Origin: an uncultured bacterium
Lineage (GTDB): Bacteria > Zixibacteria > MSB-5A5 > CAIYYT01
Assembly (NCBI GenBank): GCA_963726455.1
Contig: CAVSCK010000002.1
Location: forward strand, 1 to 64,000
Reading direction: 5' to 3'
Length of the DNA: 64,000 nucleotides
Shown here one piece after another: positions 43,749-54,500 of this stretch. Under the pieces are notes generated by a model. It was not told the DNA's origin, ran no database searches, and worked only from the letters and a program-made list of their open reading frames with translations. The position numbers and the translations under genes were made by a program. Numbering within the stretch: position 1 is the first letter of the stretch; each line of letters opens with the position of its first letter.

Positions 43749-43750
43749 CG

Positions 43751-45313
43751 TCAGGCCACGTCAGCAACGGGATTCGAATCAGCCGACTTCTTTAATTCAG
43801 ATTCGAAATATGCATTGGGGTTGTGGCGGATCGCATCCTTCGGCAGCCAATCCCAAAACTCACCGAGGTCCGTGCGAATCTTGTCGACAAAGTATGAAGG
43901 GATTTCGGTGGTCTCCTGCTCGAAGAACTGTCGGGCCTGCGGGTCAGTTATTAACAGGTTCCGGATCTTCGAAAAATACTTGACCCGCCCAAAGCGTTCC
44001 GACGAGAGTCCACGCACGACGTTCAGCCACCGGGGAATTGTCTCGCCATTCGCGCGGAACCTTCGAATGATCAGACGTGGAGAATAGGAGTATTTCGTCA
44101 CATCGATAAGGTTATCATAGAATTCGGGCCAGGAGTAGTTCTTCGGCTTGATGTTCATCTGAATGTTGCTGAGAAAATGAAACGGAAAAGGCAGAACCCG
44201 ATTGGCTCGTTGATATTCCAGATTCAGCGGCGCCGCTTGTCCAAAAGCCGACAGCATCGAATAGGCAGGAAAGGCGCCCGGTGTAAGATCGAGAAATCTC
44301 TTGGTCAGTTCAAACGGAGCCGTTCCTTCGTCGTTGTCGAGTCCGAAAATGTGATTGGTCTGCACGTAGGGAACATGCCGCAGAATCATGTTTACATGAT
44401 CAGAAACGGTTCTGACCTTTTCCATCCCCGTCATTTTCCCGGTCATGGATTTCTTTCCCAAACCAAACCAGGATTCGATTCCCGGTAGCAGGGCCTTGAA
44501 ACCATTGTACTTCAGCCGTTTCACACGATCTTCGGATAACAACGATAGAGTTGATTCGGCGATAAAGTCGATTCGCCCCGGCGGCACGGCATCCTCGATT
44601 GCATCCATGCAGTGGTCAAAGCGTACCCCGAAGTTCGGATCGTGCCAGGCAACTCGAGGGCGTTTCACCTTGCCGAGCAGAAACCGGAGATCGGACTTCA
44701 TTTCATCGGTATCCATCGGCTGGTAGGGAACGGTCGAGTCAATGCAGAAGTCGCAGGAATACGGGCAGCCAAGACTGCTCAGGAGCGGGACTATCTTGAT
44801 GAGAGGGGCTTTGCGGAGTGTCTGCTCTATGAACTTCCAGCGTTCACTCACACCCGGCAATTGGATGGGGTGCCGGTCGGCGGAAAGATACGATCCAAAG
44901 GGCCGGTGGGGGGCGCATTCCTCCAGGACTTCCTGAATGATGGACTTGTCGGTGAAACCAAGTACGTAGTCGAAGTATTTCTGAGCATCCTGCGGATAGC
45001 AGCGGGCGTGAGGACCGCCAATGGCCGTGACCGCTCCACGTGATCGAAACAGGTTGCTGAGCGCATAGGACAGTAAGGCGGCTTCGGTGAACGAGCTGAT
45101 AAAGACCAGATCCACGTCACCCGGCAGCTCTTCGAAAAGATTCTCCCGTCCGGTGTACGTCACCAAGGTCACGTAATGTCCCTGCTGTTCACACCAGGTG
45201 GCGACGACTTGGGGCATGATACTGACGAAGTTCGCTCCCATGACTCTCATCCACATCGTCCGCGTCGGAGCCTTGGCAACAAGATCGATTATCCCTATTT
45301 TCAGTTTACGCAT
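43751..45313 (-). CDS. radical SAM protein with N-terminal B12-binding-like domain
   Basis: IGGPHA, SLGCPYSCDFC (CxxxCxxC), HDPNFG, GIES, IFGLD. Confidence 0.85.
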   Translation of the reverse strand: MRKLKIGIIDLVAKAPTRTMWMRVMGANFVSIMPQVVATWCEQQGHYVTLVTYTGRENLFEELPGDVDLVFISSFTEAALLSYALSNLFRSRGAVTAIGGPHARCYPQDAQKYFDYVLGFTDKSIIQEVLEECAPHRPFGSYLSADRHPIQLPGVSERWKFIEQTLRKAPLIKIVPLLSSLGCPYSCDFCIDSTVPYQPMDTDEMKSDLRFLLGKVKRPRVAWHDPNFGVRFDHCMDAIEDAVPPGRIDFIAESTLSLLSEDRVKRLKYNGFKALLPGIESWFGLGKKSMTGKMTGMEKVRTVSDHVNMILRHVPYVQTNHIFGLDNDEGTAPFELTKRFLDLTPGAFPAYSMLSAFGQAAPLNLEYQRANRVLPFPFHFLSNIQMNIKPKNYSWPEFYDNLIDVTKYSYSPRLIIRRFRANGETIPRWLNVVRGLSSERFGRVKYFSKIRNLLITDPQARQFFEQETTEIPSYFVDKIRTDLGEFWDWLPKDAIRHNPNAYFESELKKSADSNPVADVA

Positions 45314-45557
45314 TTCACCTCATTTGGAGTTGAACCAGAGAATTTGGGCTGCACCGATGTCTACGAATGGCAGATCTATTGCTTAACTTGGCGGATTTCC
45401 GCGTGCTTGAAAGCTTGTGGGTCTCAGTCCGTCTGCCGGTAAATCAGCTACTACTTCCAATGTATACTCTTACACTCCATAACACAATACGTGAATAAAA
45501 ACAATTGAACAATCAACCGAAGGATTGAAAACGGGACTAATCCCTAAGATTGAGAAG

Positions 45558-46265
45558 TTAGTAAAGCTTGGGGGATTTCCGGGCCGGCAATTCCCTCACC
45601 ATCCCTTCGGTGAGCGCATAGCTGGCCACCTCGAGACGGGTGTGGAGGGCGAGTTTTTCCAGGGTATTGTGGACATGGCTCTTGACCGTATGAACCGCGA
45701 TGCTTAGCTCTCGGGCGATGTCCTTGTTGCTCATGCCCCTGGCTATGAGATTGACGATCTCGTGTTCGCGCTTGGTCAGTTTGACTGATTTCATCAGACG
45801 ATCCGCTCTGCCGGTTTGAACGGCATATTCGACAATGTGAGAGAAGAGCGACCCGGTCAACGGGGGAGGAAGAACTTTCTTCCCTTTGGCAACCGATCTA
45901 ATGGTATGCAGGAAGTCTTCGATAGTGGCATCCTTGAGTATGAAACCGGAAACGCCTGCCTTGACGAATTCCACGACCTCGGCCTGGGCAGGTATGAGAT
46001 CCATCACTACAATCTCCGTCTTCGGAAATTTCTGTTTGATTATCTCGGCGATTCGCAGACTGCTCTGACTTCTGAGTCCCAAATCAAGCAGAACCACCTG
46101 GGGTTTGATTTTCTCCGCCTTCTCCTGCGCATCGCCGTTGCCAGTTGCCGAAACGGCGCGGATGTCCGACTGCTCATTGAGCATAGCAGTTATGCCTTCA
46201 CGCAGAAGGCGATTATCTTCGATCAAGAGAACTCGTATCTTTGGCATGTCTAATGACTCAGTCAC
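45558..46265 (-). CDS. NarL/FixJ-family response regulator
   Basis: LIEDN, VVLLD, GFILKD; HTH LTKREHEI..LIARGMSNKDIA...TVKSHVHN. Confidence 0.92.
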   Translation of the reverse strand: MTESLDMPKIRVLLIEDNRLLREGITAMLNEQSDIRAVSATGNGDAQEKAEKIKPQVVLLDLGLRSQSSLRIAEIIKQKFPKTEIVVMDLIPAQAEVVEFVKAGVSGFILKDATIEDFLHTIRSVAKGKKVLPPPLTGSLFSHIVEYAVQTGRADRLMKSVKLTKREHEIVNLIARGMSNKDIARELSIAVHTVKSHVHNTLEKLALHTRLEVASYALTEGMVRELPARKSPKLY

Positions 46266-46656
46266 TAAGAGAGTAATGGGCCAACACCGGAAATATTAAA
46301 TGTCTATAAAGTGTCGTCAAGGGCAAAATCGACCTGACAATTCCGAACCTGCAGAATCACCGGATTCTCTCCCTAACTTCTGAGCTGCTTCTGGATTTTG
46401 CCGCCGACAACCGACTGCCTTTAATCATAGATGGGACTTGTCAAAGCAGCTCATACAGGCCTCACGGCTGCGTATCACACTAGGTGATTGGAAAGTATTG
46501 TTAACAACACCGACTGTAGTTTCGGCTGGCAAATGGGTGGATCAGGAAGTGGCGTCGGGTTGACCGCTTATGGCATGACTGGATCGGCGGCTGCAAGTTA
46601 CCAGGCGCCAGGGCTTGGAAGTAGCACAAGAAGGGGCGTTTGGGCGGAGTTCAAGA

Positions 46657-47381
46657 ATGTCGGTTGAACATAAAGCTGTCAAGATTTCGGTCGTGATTCC
46701 GGCCCATAACGAAGAAGCATACCTGCCGGCTTGTCTCGAAAGTCTTGCGCGCCAGGATTTTGCGTTTCCGTACGAGGTTATCGTCGTAAACAATGGCAGC
46801 ACGGACAAGACTGCCGAGGTTGCCCGCAGACTCGGCGCCATCGTAGTCGACGAGCCGCATTTCGGAATAACCTGGGCAAGGCAGAGAGGACTGGAGCATT
46901 CCAAGGGCGAGATCATCGCCTGCGTCGACGCCGATACTTATGTGGCGTCCGATTGGCTGCGGCAAATTCATGAAGCATTTTCCAAGGATAAGGAGACAGT
47001 CGGTTAGCGGGGAGAATCTTCTATACCAAAGGCAGTACGTGGAAAGGAATGCTGCCGGCTCTATTTGTCAGCGCTTTGCTGTTCACTGACATAGCTTTCC
47101 GGTTTCTGTTCCGGAGACCCGGTACACTCTGGGGAGGAAATTTCGCAGTCGAGCGGCAGGCACTTCTTTCAGTTGGGGGATTCAACAAAGACGTGGAGTT
47201 CTACGGTGAGGATACAGAGCTTTCGCTGCGACTGGCCAAGGTCGGTAAGATCAAATTTAACAAGAAGCAGATTGCGTTCACATCGCCGCGAAGATTCGAG
47301 CACCAACCGCTGCTCAGGACAATCTGGCCATATATTTCGGTGTTTGTTCACCTGATTGCTTCCGGCAGGTATCGTCGCTAA
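46657..47381 (+). CDS. glycosyltransferase family 2, frameshift near 47000
   Basis: SVVIPAHNEE, VVNNGSTD, VDAD; then GGNFAV, GGF, GEDTEL, TSPRRF. Confidence 0.85.
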
Positions 47382-47471
47382 GAGCAAGACCAGATTGCAG
47401 CCTGTTCGTTCGACGTCATGGTCACGCCGTGTCGTGTTTCGTCGGTATCGTGCTTGCTGGACTGACAGTCA

Positions 47472-48150
47472 TTGACCATCTCTTCATTCTACCCGACATC
47501 GCAATTTTACGGCAAAGTCTACTATACAAGCACCGACTGTCGCGACAAAATGATTGCCCTCACTTTCGACGACGGCCCGGAAGAGCCGTTTACGTCGCAG
47601 GTATTGGATATTCTGGACAGAGTACCATATCAAAGCGACTTTCTTCGTGATCGGCGCCAATGCTGAGCAGTATCCAAACTCGGTCAAGGAAATAGTGAGT
47701 CACGGACACGTGATCGCCAACCACTCTTATGGTCATTCTTATATGCTGCCATTTGAAAGCAGGTCGAAAGTGCAGAACGATTTGCTGAAGACTGAGGACG
47801 TCATTTACAGCATCACCGGCCTGAGAACCAGACTGTTTCGACCTCCACACGGACTGAGGACACCCTGGTTTCTGCGCGACATCAGATCGCTGCAATACAG
47901 CACTGTGACCTGGAATGATATGACCAACGACTGGAATTCCCGTAAATCTCCTGAGAAAATCTGGGAGGCAGTGATTGCCGGTGCCAGGCCGGGGGGGATT
48001 ATTGATCTTCATGATGGCAAGGAATTAAGCCACGTGACGGACCGCAGCAACACGGTGCTCGCATTGCCGGTTGTCATTGATTCACTCAAGAAAGAGGGCT
48101 ACGTGTTCGTTTCGCTGCCCGAATTGCTGCGGCTCAGCCCGTACAAATAG
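47472..48150 (+). CDS. polysaccharide deacetylase (CE4/NodB), frameshifted; possibly fused to the GT2
   Basis: ALTFDDGP, KATFF, NHSYGH, FRPPHG, DLHDG. Confidence 0.85.
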
Positions 48151-48192
48151 GACAGTGTAACCTTACCTTACGTCTGTCAGGAGGAGCGAAGC

Positions 48193-48762
48193 TTGCGGAA
48201 AGTAGCATTGCACATGATGACCACCCTCGATGGTTGTGTAGCCGGTCCCAACGGCGAACTTGACTGGCTGTTCAACGTTGAGAGCAAGGGACGCAACGAC
48301 TATGTATTCAAGCTCTATAGCGAGGCGGACGGAATCCTTGTCGGACGCCAAACCTATCTTGCCTGTGCTGGCTACTGGCCGTCGGCAGAAACGAAAGGTG
48401 GCAAGGAGGGAGAATTCGCACATTTCATGAACAACCTGCCTAAGTATGTTGTCACCACGACGCTCGACAAAGTTGACTGGGCGAACTCAAGTATTGTCAA
48501 AGGATCGTTAGCTGATGGGGTCGCCCGATTGAAGCAGCAGTCCGGCAGTCATATCGTTCTGATCGGCGGTCTCAGAACCGTCCAGAGCATGATCAAGCTG
48601 GGTCTGATAGATGAATTCCACCTGATGATGCATCCAGTCGCCCTGGGACACGGGATGCCCCTGTTCGATGGATTACCGGAGCAGCTTGGTCTTGAACTGA
48701 TCGATGCCAAACCTTTCGATCAGGGTGTTGTCGGCCTACACTATCGACCAAGTCCCAAGTAG
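48193..48762 (+). CDS. dihydrofolate reductase/RibD C-terminal family protein
   Basis: TLDG.VAGP, VGRQTY, PKYV, GLIDE..L...PVALG.G.PLF. Confidence 0.9.
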   Translation: MRKVALHMMTTLDGCVAGPNGELDWLFNVESKGRNDYVFKLYSEADGILVGRQTYLACAGYWPSAETKGGKEGEFAHFMNNLPKYVVTTTLDKVDWANSSIVKGSLADGVARLKQQSGSHIVLIGGLRTVQSMIKLGLIDEFHLMMHPVALGHGMPLFDGLPEQLGLELIDAKPFDQGVVGLHYRPSPK

Positions 48763-48883
48763 AGTACCTCTACTATTCCACAGTCTATGGTATCCTATCT
48801 CGCCTTCTCTATCGCCCCGTAGCTCAAAGCAACTCTTTCACTCGCCAGCCGTATGCATTATCTTGAGGAATGGCGAGGCCATC

Positions 48884-50257
48884 TTGACGCAAACGATTGA
48901 CAGCGAACGCACCGACTATACTCAAGGTTCCGTAACATCAGCTATTCTCAAAATGGGGCTACCGTCGATGTTCGGCTTTATGTCGCAGAACATCTACGGT
49001 CTCGTGAATATGTTCTGGGTTTCCCATTTGCCGCAGTCAGAATCGGCGGTGGCAGGAATAACGTTCTTCAATAACCTCGCGTGGTTTCTCAGCACTTTTA
49101 ATCATCTTATCGGTCCGGGTTCAGTCGCCGTGATCTCCCAGCGCTATGGCGAGGGAGAATATGACAAAGCGGAGAAGGCAATCAAGGAGACGCTGGTTCT
49201 TAAACTCCTATTCGGCGCGGCATTCGGGATCATCGGTTTCCTGTTTCTGCCACAGATGATGTATTTAATCGGTGCGCGCGACGATGCCCTGGCGCTCGGC
49301 CTGCAGTATGGGCGGATCATCTTTATCGGCCTGCCGATCAATTACGCGATCTGGACTATCTTCACGGCGCTGCGTGGCACGGCCAATCCGCACAAGGCGA
49401 TGGCGCTGATGCTGGGATTCAGCGTCCTGAACATGATTCTCGATCCGATCCTGATATTCGGTTGGCTCGGTATACCGGCGTTTGGAATGGTCGGCGCGGC
49501 CTATGCATCGGTCATTACGTTTACGACGATCTTCCTGATCGGTGTCTGGCTCTTCTTTGCGGGGCACACTAATGTCCGTCTCCACTGGAAGAGCCGAGAG
49601 AAGATGTCGTTGAATACAATGTGGATTCTGATCAAAATCGGGATACCGTCGTGGCTGGCGGAAATGTCGTTCTCATCGTCGCGTCTACTGATCACGCCGA
49701 TGATCGCGGGATTTGGGACCGCGGTAGTGGCGGCCTACGGTGTTGCCAATCAGATCATGGGTCTCGGTTTCACATTGCTTGTAGGAGTCGGCTTGGGTCT
49801 CTCGGCGTTGATCGGCCACACCGTCGGCGCGGGCAAGGTTGACCGCGCCAAGCGCACCGGCGACAAGTCGATCGCGCTGGCGGTGGGCATGATGACACTA
49901 TTTAGCGCGTTGGTCTTTGCCTTTGCTCCGCAGGTGCTTAATATATTCTTCTCAAATCCGGAGACTACCGCACACGGCGTCGGCCTGTTGCGCATTGTGG
50001 CTCTGTGCATGCCTTTCATGGGCGCCATGATGATGATAGAGTACGTTCACACCGGTGTCGGACTTAATACGCCGGCGATGGTGGTCAACATCATCAACGC
50101 CTGGGCGCTGCAGGTGTTGCCGATCTTTCTGGTCACTGAATTCTTCGGTGGAGGTGAACTGGCCATCTGGTGGATAATGACCTTGGCCGCGGCAATCAGC
50201 GCCTGCATGTTCTATCTGTATTACCAGCGCGGGAAATGGCTGACGGCTCGAGTCTGA
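48884..50257 (+). CDS. MATE-family efflux transporter
   Basis: About 12 TM; LRGT, NMILDPILIFG, GMVGAA.A, GTAVVAAY. Confidence 0.92.
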   Translation: MTQTIDSERTDYTQGSVTSAILKMGLPSMFGFMSQNIYGLVNMFWVSHLPQSESAVAGITFFNNLAWFLSTFNHLIGPGSVAVISQRYGEGEYDKAEKAIKETLVLKLLFGAAFGIIGFLFLPQMMYLIGARDDALALGLQYGRIIFIGLPINYAIWTIFTALRGTANPHKAMALMLGFSVLNMILDPILIFGWLGIPAFGMVGAAYASVITFTTIFLIGVWLFFAGHTNVRLHWKSREKMSLNTMWILIKIGIPSWLAEMSFSSSRLLITPMIAGFGTAVVAAYGVANQIMGLGFTLLVGVGLGLSALIGHTVGAGKVDRAKRTGDKSIALAVGMMTLFSALVFAFAPQVLNIFFSNPETTAHGVGLLRIVALCMPFMGAMMMIEYVHTGVGLNTPAMVVNIINAWALQVLPIFLVTEFFGGGELAIWWIMTLAAAISACMFYLYYQRGKWLTARV

Positions 50258-50320
50258 TAATCAGTGCCGAACACGCCAAAGACAAATCCCGCCGGGCGGC
50301 GGTCCGTCGGCAAGAAATGC

Positions 50321-50347
50321 AAAACGGCGCCGACATAGTCGGCGCCG
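50321..50347 (-). terminator. terminator between the convergent MATE and spoVG genes
   Basis: CGGCGCCGAC-ATA-GTCGGCGCCG stem with a T-run on the minus strand. Confidence 0.7.
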
Positions 50348-50434
50348 CTTGAGCATCCTCTGCCTGCCATAGGGTATGAGACAGGATGAGGGGTGTTTCA
50401 ACGACCTTCTATTTCAGAAGCAACGCTTCTATTA

Positions 50435-50854
50435 TTATCGAAAACCTTCCACGCGCCTTTGCACTAATGTGTTTCGACGAGATTCGCGGACGATCATGCC
50501 AGCGGCATTAAGTCCGATCTTCTCGCGGCAGTTACCGCACGGCTTAACTCCGCCCTCTTTGATTACGGCACTCACATGCTCGGATTTCGCATGAGCTCTC
50601 AACTCCGTACGATAGGAGTTGAGCACACTTTCCTCGATCACTTTCCTCATTTCGGAGTTTGCCGGAAAGGCGATGTCCTGATGCGTTCCGTCCGGGCGTT
50701 TACGACTCGGCATCGATACGAACATTCCGCGGGAACCGTCGATGACTTTGAGGCCTCGAACTACGAAGCAATCGTCGAACGTGACATCGACAAAGCCCTT
50801 GACCTTTTCTTCAAAGGCGAGCTTGGTTCTGGTAGCTGTGATTCTCATTGCCAA
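50435..50854 (-). CDS. spoVG: SpoVG-family nucleic-acid-binding protein with C-terminal extension
   Basis: VTFDDCFVVRGLKVIDG..GMFVSMPSRK..DG...DIAFP; GGAGGG RBS. Confidence 0.88.
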   Translation of the reverse strand: MAMRITATRTKLAFEEKVKGFVDVTFDDCFVVRGLKVIDGSRGMFVSMPSRKRPDGTHQDIAFPANSEMRKVIEESVLNSYRTELRAHAKSEHVSAVIKEGGVKPCGNCREKIGLNAAGMIVRESRRNTLVQRRVEGFR

Positions 50855-51211
50855 CGTTTCCCTCCACTTGCGGACAGCTTTGATCGGCTCGCAATATTTC
50901 TTGCAGTCTCGCTGCCCTTATCTTCGCGTAAGTTTACTATCAACAATTCGGCGAAACAGATTCGAGAGACCTGTGGCAGTCCCTTTCCACAAGTCTCTCG
51001 GTACATCGACGCCCGCCTTTGAGTTCAAATCCAGCAGTGCTTATCTTGGTCGCTAATACTCTCGCTCGAAATGGGACGCGCGAGACCCGCATCGGCCCCC
51101 TGGCGCGGGTCTCTCGTCCACTCACCCCTTTGTGTAAACTTGGCCATTCTGCAATCGCTACTAAAATAGTTTTCGTTTTCATCAGTGCTTATCTGTCCCT
51201 CGTGCGCACAA

Positions 51212-51239
51212 AGTATAATGCGCTTCACAGAATCGTCAA
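51212..51239 (-). promoter_or_regulatory. sigma-70-type promoter for spoVG
   Basis: Minus strand TTGACG-N16-TATACT. Confidence 0.55.
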
Positions 51240-51562
51240 TGTGTACTGTTCACGTAATCATCGCGTAGGCAGGTTACGCGGCTGGAGGGTTTCAGACTCC
51301 GACAGGCACATTGGTAACGTATTGATATGATTATGGTTATGAGGAATTTTCCGTCGAATTATCTGCTCTCTCGCGGCGGGTACATCAGAAACTCCTTGAC
51401 TGCTATGGATTTCTCTGCATTTTTCTGAATGGGCGTCGAGTCTTGCAGACATTTTGCCCAATTTGATACTGCAGGCGATGACGCTTTAGGGGCACATGAT
51501 CAAAGGCCGGGCTTGGGTCTTGGAATTCGGATGTTCCAGTCTGCCAATAGAGAGGTGCCGCG

Positions 51563-54500
51563 ATGAAGAAGCGCATGCGTATCCTCGTAATCGGTGATGC
51601 CCGCAAGGATCTCGGTCCTCTCATGCGTGAAATCGAGACAGACGATTACGAAGTTCAGTGCCGGCACGTTTCCACGATTGCTCATCTTGAGGAAGCGGTG
51701 TCGCAGGAATTTGATGTTGCGATCTGTGATACGACCGTCCCGGAGTTCGATTCGATCTCAATGCTACAGACAGTCAGAGAACGTAATCGCGAACTTCCGA
51801 CAATTTCGATCACCAGCAAAACGGGACCGGCAGCGGCCCATGAGGCACAGCAGCTCGGCGTGGACGACTATGTATTGCAGGGCGAACTCTGCCGTCTGGG
51901 TCCGGCTGTTCGCCGCGAGCTTCGCCGGGCAGAAAGTCAAACCACCAGGAGCCATGAACTGCGTGAATCCGAGCAGCGTTTTGCCCTGTTCTTGAATAAC
52001 TATCCCGGCCCTGCCACATCAAGGAGCCGGACGGCACCTTGATATTTACCAACGACAGGTACTGTGACATGATCGGTCTTCCGCGGGAGCAGGTGGTCGG
52101 GCGGAAGTATACTGAGATTGCGCACTTGTCAGCGGAAACCGCCAGAGTAATTGAAGACACCGAAAGAAAGATGATCGCAACTGGAGAGGTATTTGCCGGA
52201 CCTATCGAATCTCGGGCCGACGACAGAAATGCCACCTATTGGGCGGTCAAATTCCCGATTCCTCGTCCCGATCAACCACCGTTGATTGGTACGGTTCTGG
52301 TCGACATCTCCAAGCAGATCGAAGCCGAGCAGGCCGTTCAACGATGGGCACACGTATTCGAACATGCCGAATGGGGGATCGTTATCGGTAGTGTCGACAT
52401 GACGACTCTCGAGACAATGAACCCTGCTTTTGCGCGAATGCACGGCTTTGTGGTCGAGGAACTCATCGGCAAGCCGATCCTGAGCGTGTTTGCACCGGGA
52501 ACTCATGAAGAGTTTCTGATTGAGGTACGTAAGGCCCATCAAACAGGCCACCATGCGTTCGAATCAATACACGTACGCAAGGACGGCAGCACGTTTCCAG
52601 TAAATATTGATATCACCGCGGTCAAAGACGACTCTGGAAAGGTTCTTTATCGCGCGGTCATTGTTCAGGATATCACCGAGCGCAAACGTGCGGAAGATGA
52701 AATCATCGAAGCCAAGGAAGAGTGGGAGCGGACTTTCGACGCGATCACGGATCCGGTAATGGTCGTTGACACAGATCATAAGATTATGAAAGCAAACAAG
52801 GCAATGGCGGACAAGCTGGGAGTTTCGGCAACGGCTGCCGAGGGGCTCAGATGCACGCAGGCGGTACACGGTTGCGCTACGCCGCATGCATTCTGTCCGC
52901 ATGCGAAGCTCCTGAAGGATGGTCAACCACATATTGCAGAAATTCATGAAGATCGATTGGGCGGCGATTTTCTGGTCTCCGTGTCGCCATTGCATTCGCC
53001 GGATGGCAAACTGATCGGCTCAGTTCATTATGCTCGCGATATTACCGAACGCCGGAAGATGGAGCGCGCGGTAGAGTCGGAACGGCAGCGCCTGGACAAT
53101 ATTCTGGAGGTTCTGCCTCCTTACGTGGTATTGCTGACACCGGATTATCGGGTGGCATTTGCCAACCGCGTCTTTCGTGAGCTATTCGGCGATTCGGACG
53201 GTAAACGCTGTTACGAATTCCTGTTCAATCTCACTGAGCCATGTGAAGTGTGTGAAACCTTCAAGGTGTTGAAGACGGGAAAGTCGGCCAAATGGGAATG
53301 GACCGGCCCCAACGGCAGGACTTATCAGATCTTTGATTTCCCATTCGACGATACGGACGGCTCCCGCCTCATACTGGAAATGGGCATCGACATCACCGAG
53401 CGCAGGCAGGCGGAACTACTGCTCAACAAAGCCAGTGCTTACAACCGGAGTCTGATCGAGGCCGCACTCGATCCCTTGGTCACTATCGACGCTCAAGGGC
53501 GAATTACTGACGTAAATACCGCTACCGAGGTGGCCACAGGACTCACTCGAAGCGAACTCATCGGTACGGACTTTTCGGACTACTTTACCGAACCGGAGGA
53601 AGCCCGCGCCGGCTATCAAAGAGTATTCGAGGAGGGAACGGTACGCGATTATCCGCTCGAGATTCGCCATCGCGACGGTCACTTGACGCCGGTGCTCTAT
53701 AATGCCACTCTGTATCGAGACAGCGATGGAAAGGTGGAAGGCATTTTTGCCGCGGCGCGCGATGTCACCGAACAGAAGGCGGCGCAGGCGAAGGCTGATC
53801 GTTACATGCGGTTGTATGCGACGTTGAGTCAGGTCAATCAGACCATCGTTCGGGTCAGTGATCAGGATGAAATGTTTCGGGAGATCTGTGAAGTTGCCAT
53901 CAAGTACGGCAAGTTCCGAATGGCGTGGATCGGCCGACCCGACAGAGAGAGCGGGAGAGTTGTTCCATTGGCCGTTGCCGGACATAATGACGGCTACCTG
54001 GAAAGCACTATCATCACGATCAGCGACAGCGAGGACTCGGGTCGCGGCCCGGCCGGAACTTCCGCGCGACAGGGCGAGGTAATGATAGTTGACGACATTG
54101 AAGAGGACCCTCGAATGGCGCCCTGGCGGTTCGAAGCGCTTAAGCGAAATTATCGCTCCGGTGCTTCAGTGCCCATCAAGTTGAAAGGCGAAATTGTCGC
54201 ACTGTTCATTATGTATGCCTCAGAACCGCATTACTTTACTGATGAAGAAGCCAGTCTGCTGCAGGAAATCGGCGGCGATATCTCGTTTGCTCTTGAAGGC
54301 ATGGAGAGAGAAAGAGCGCGCAAGCAGGCCGAAGAGCAAGTGCGGCGTGCCGCTGCCTACAATCGTAACTTGATTGAGGCAAGTATCGATCCACTGGTAA
54401 CCATCGCTATCGACGGCAAGATTACCGACGTCAATCAAGCCACCGAAAAAGTTACCGGCCTCGATCGTGACGAATTGATCGGCACCGACTTCTCGACTTA

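Noticed and set aside
43596-45313. RiPP precursor plus radical SAM maturase
   Set aside because: Convergent orientation, no SPASM/RRE features seen, and no transporter or peptidase.
50940-51182. 80-aa ORF upstream of spoVG
   Set aside because: No recognisable family; it overlaps strong hairpins better read as RNA structure, though it is not fully excluded.
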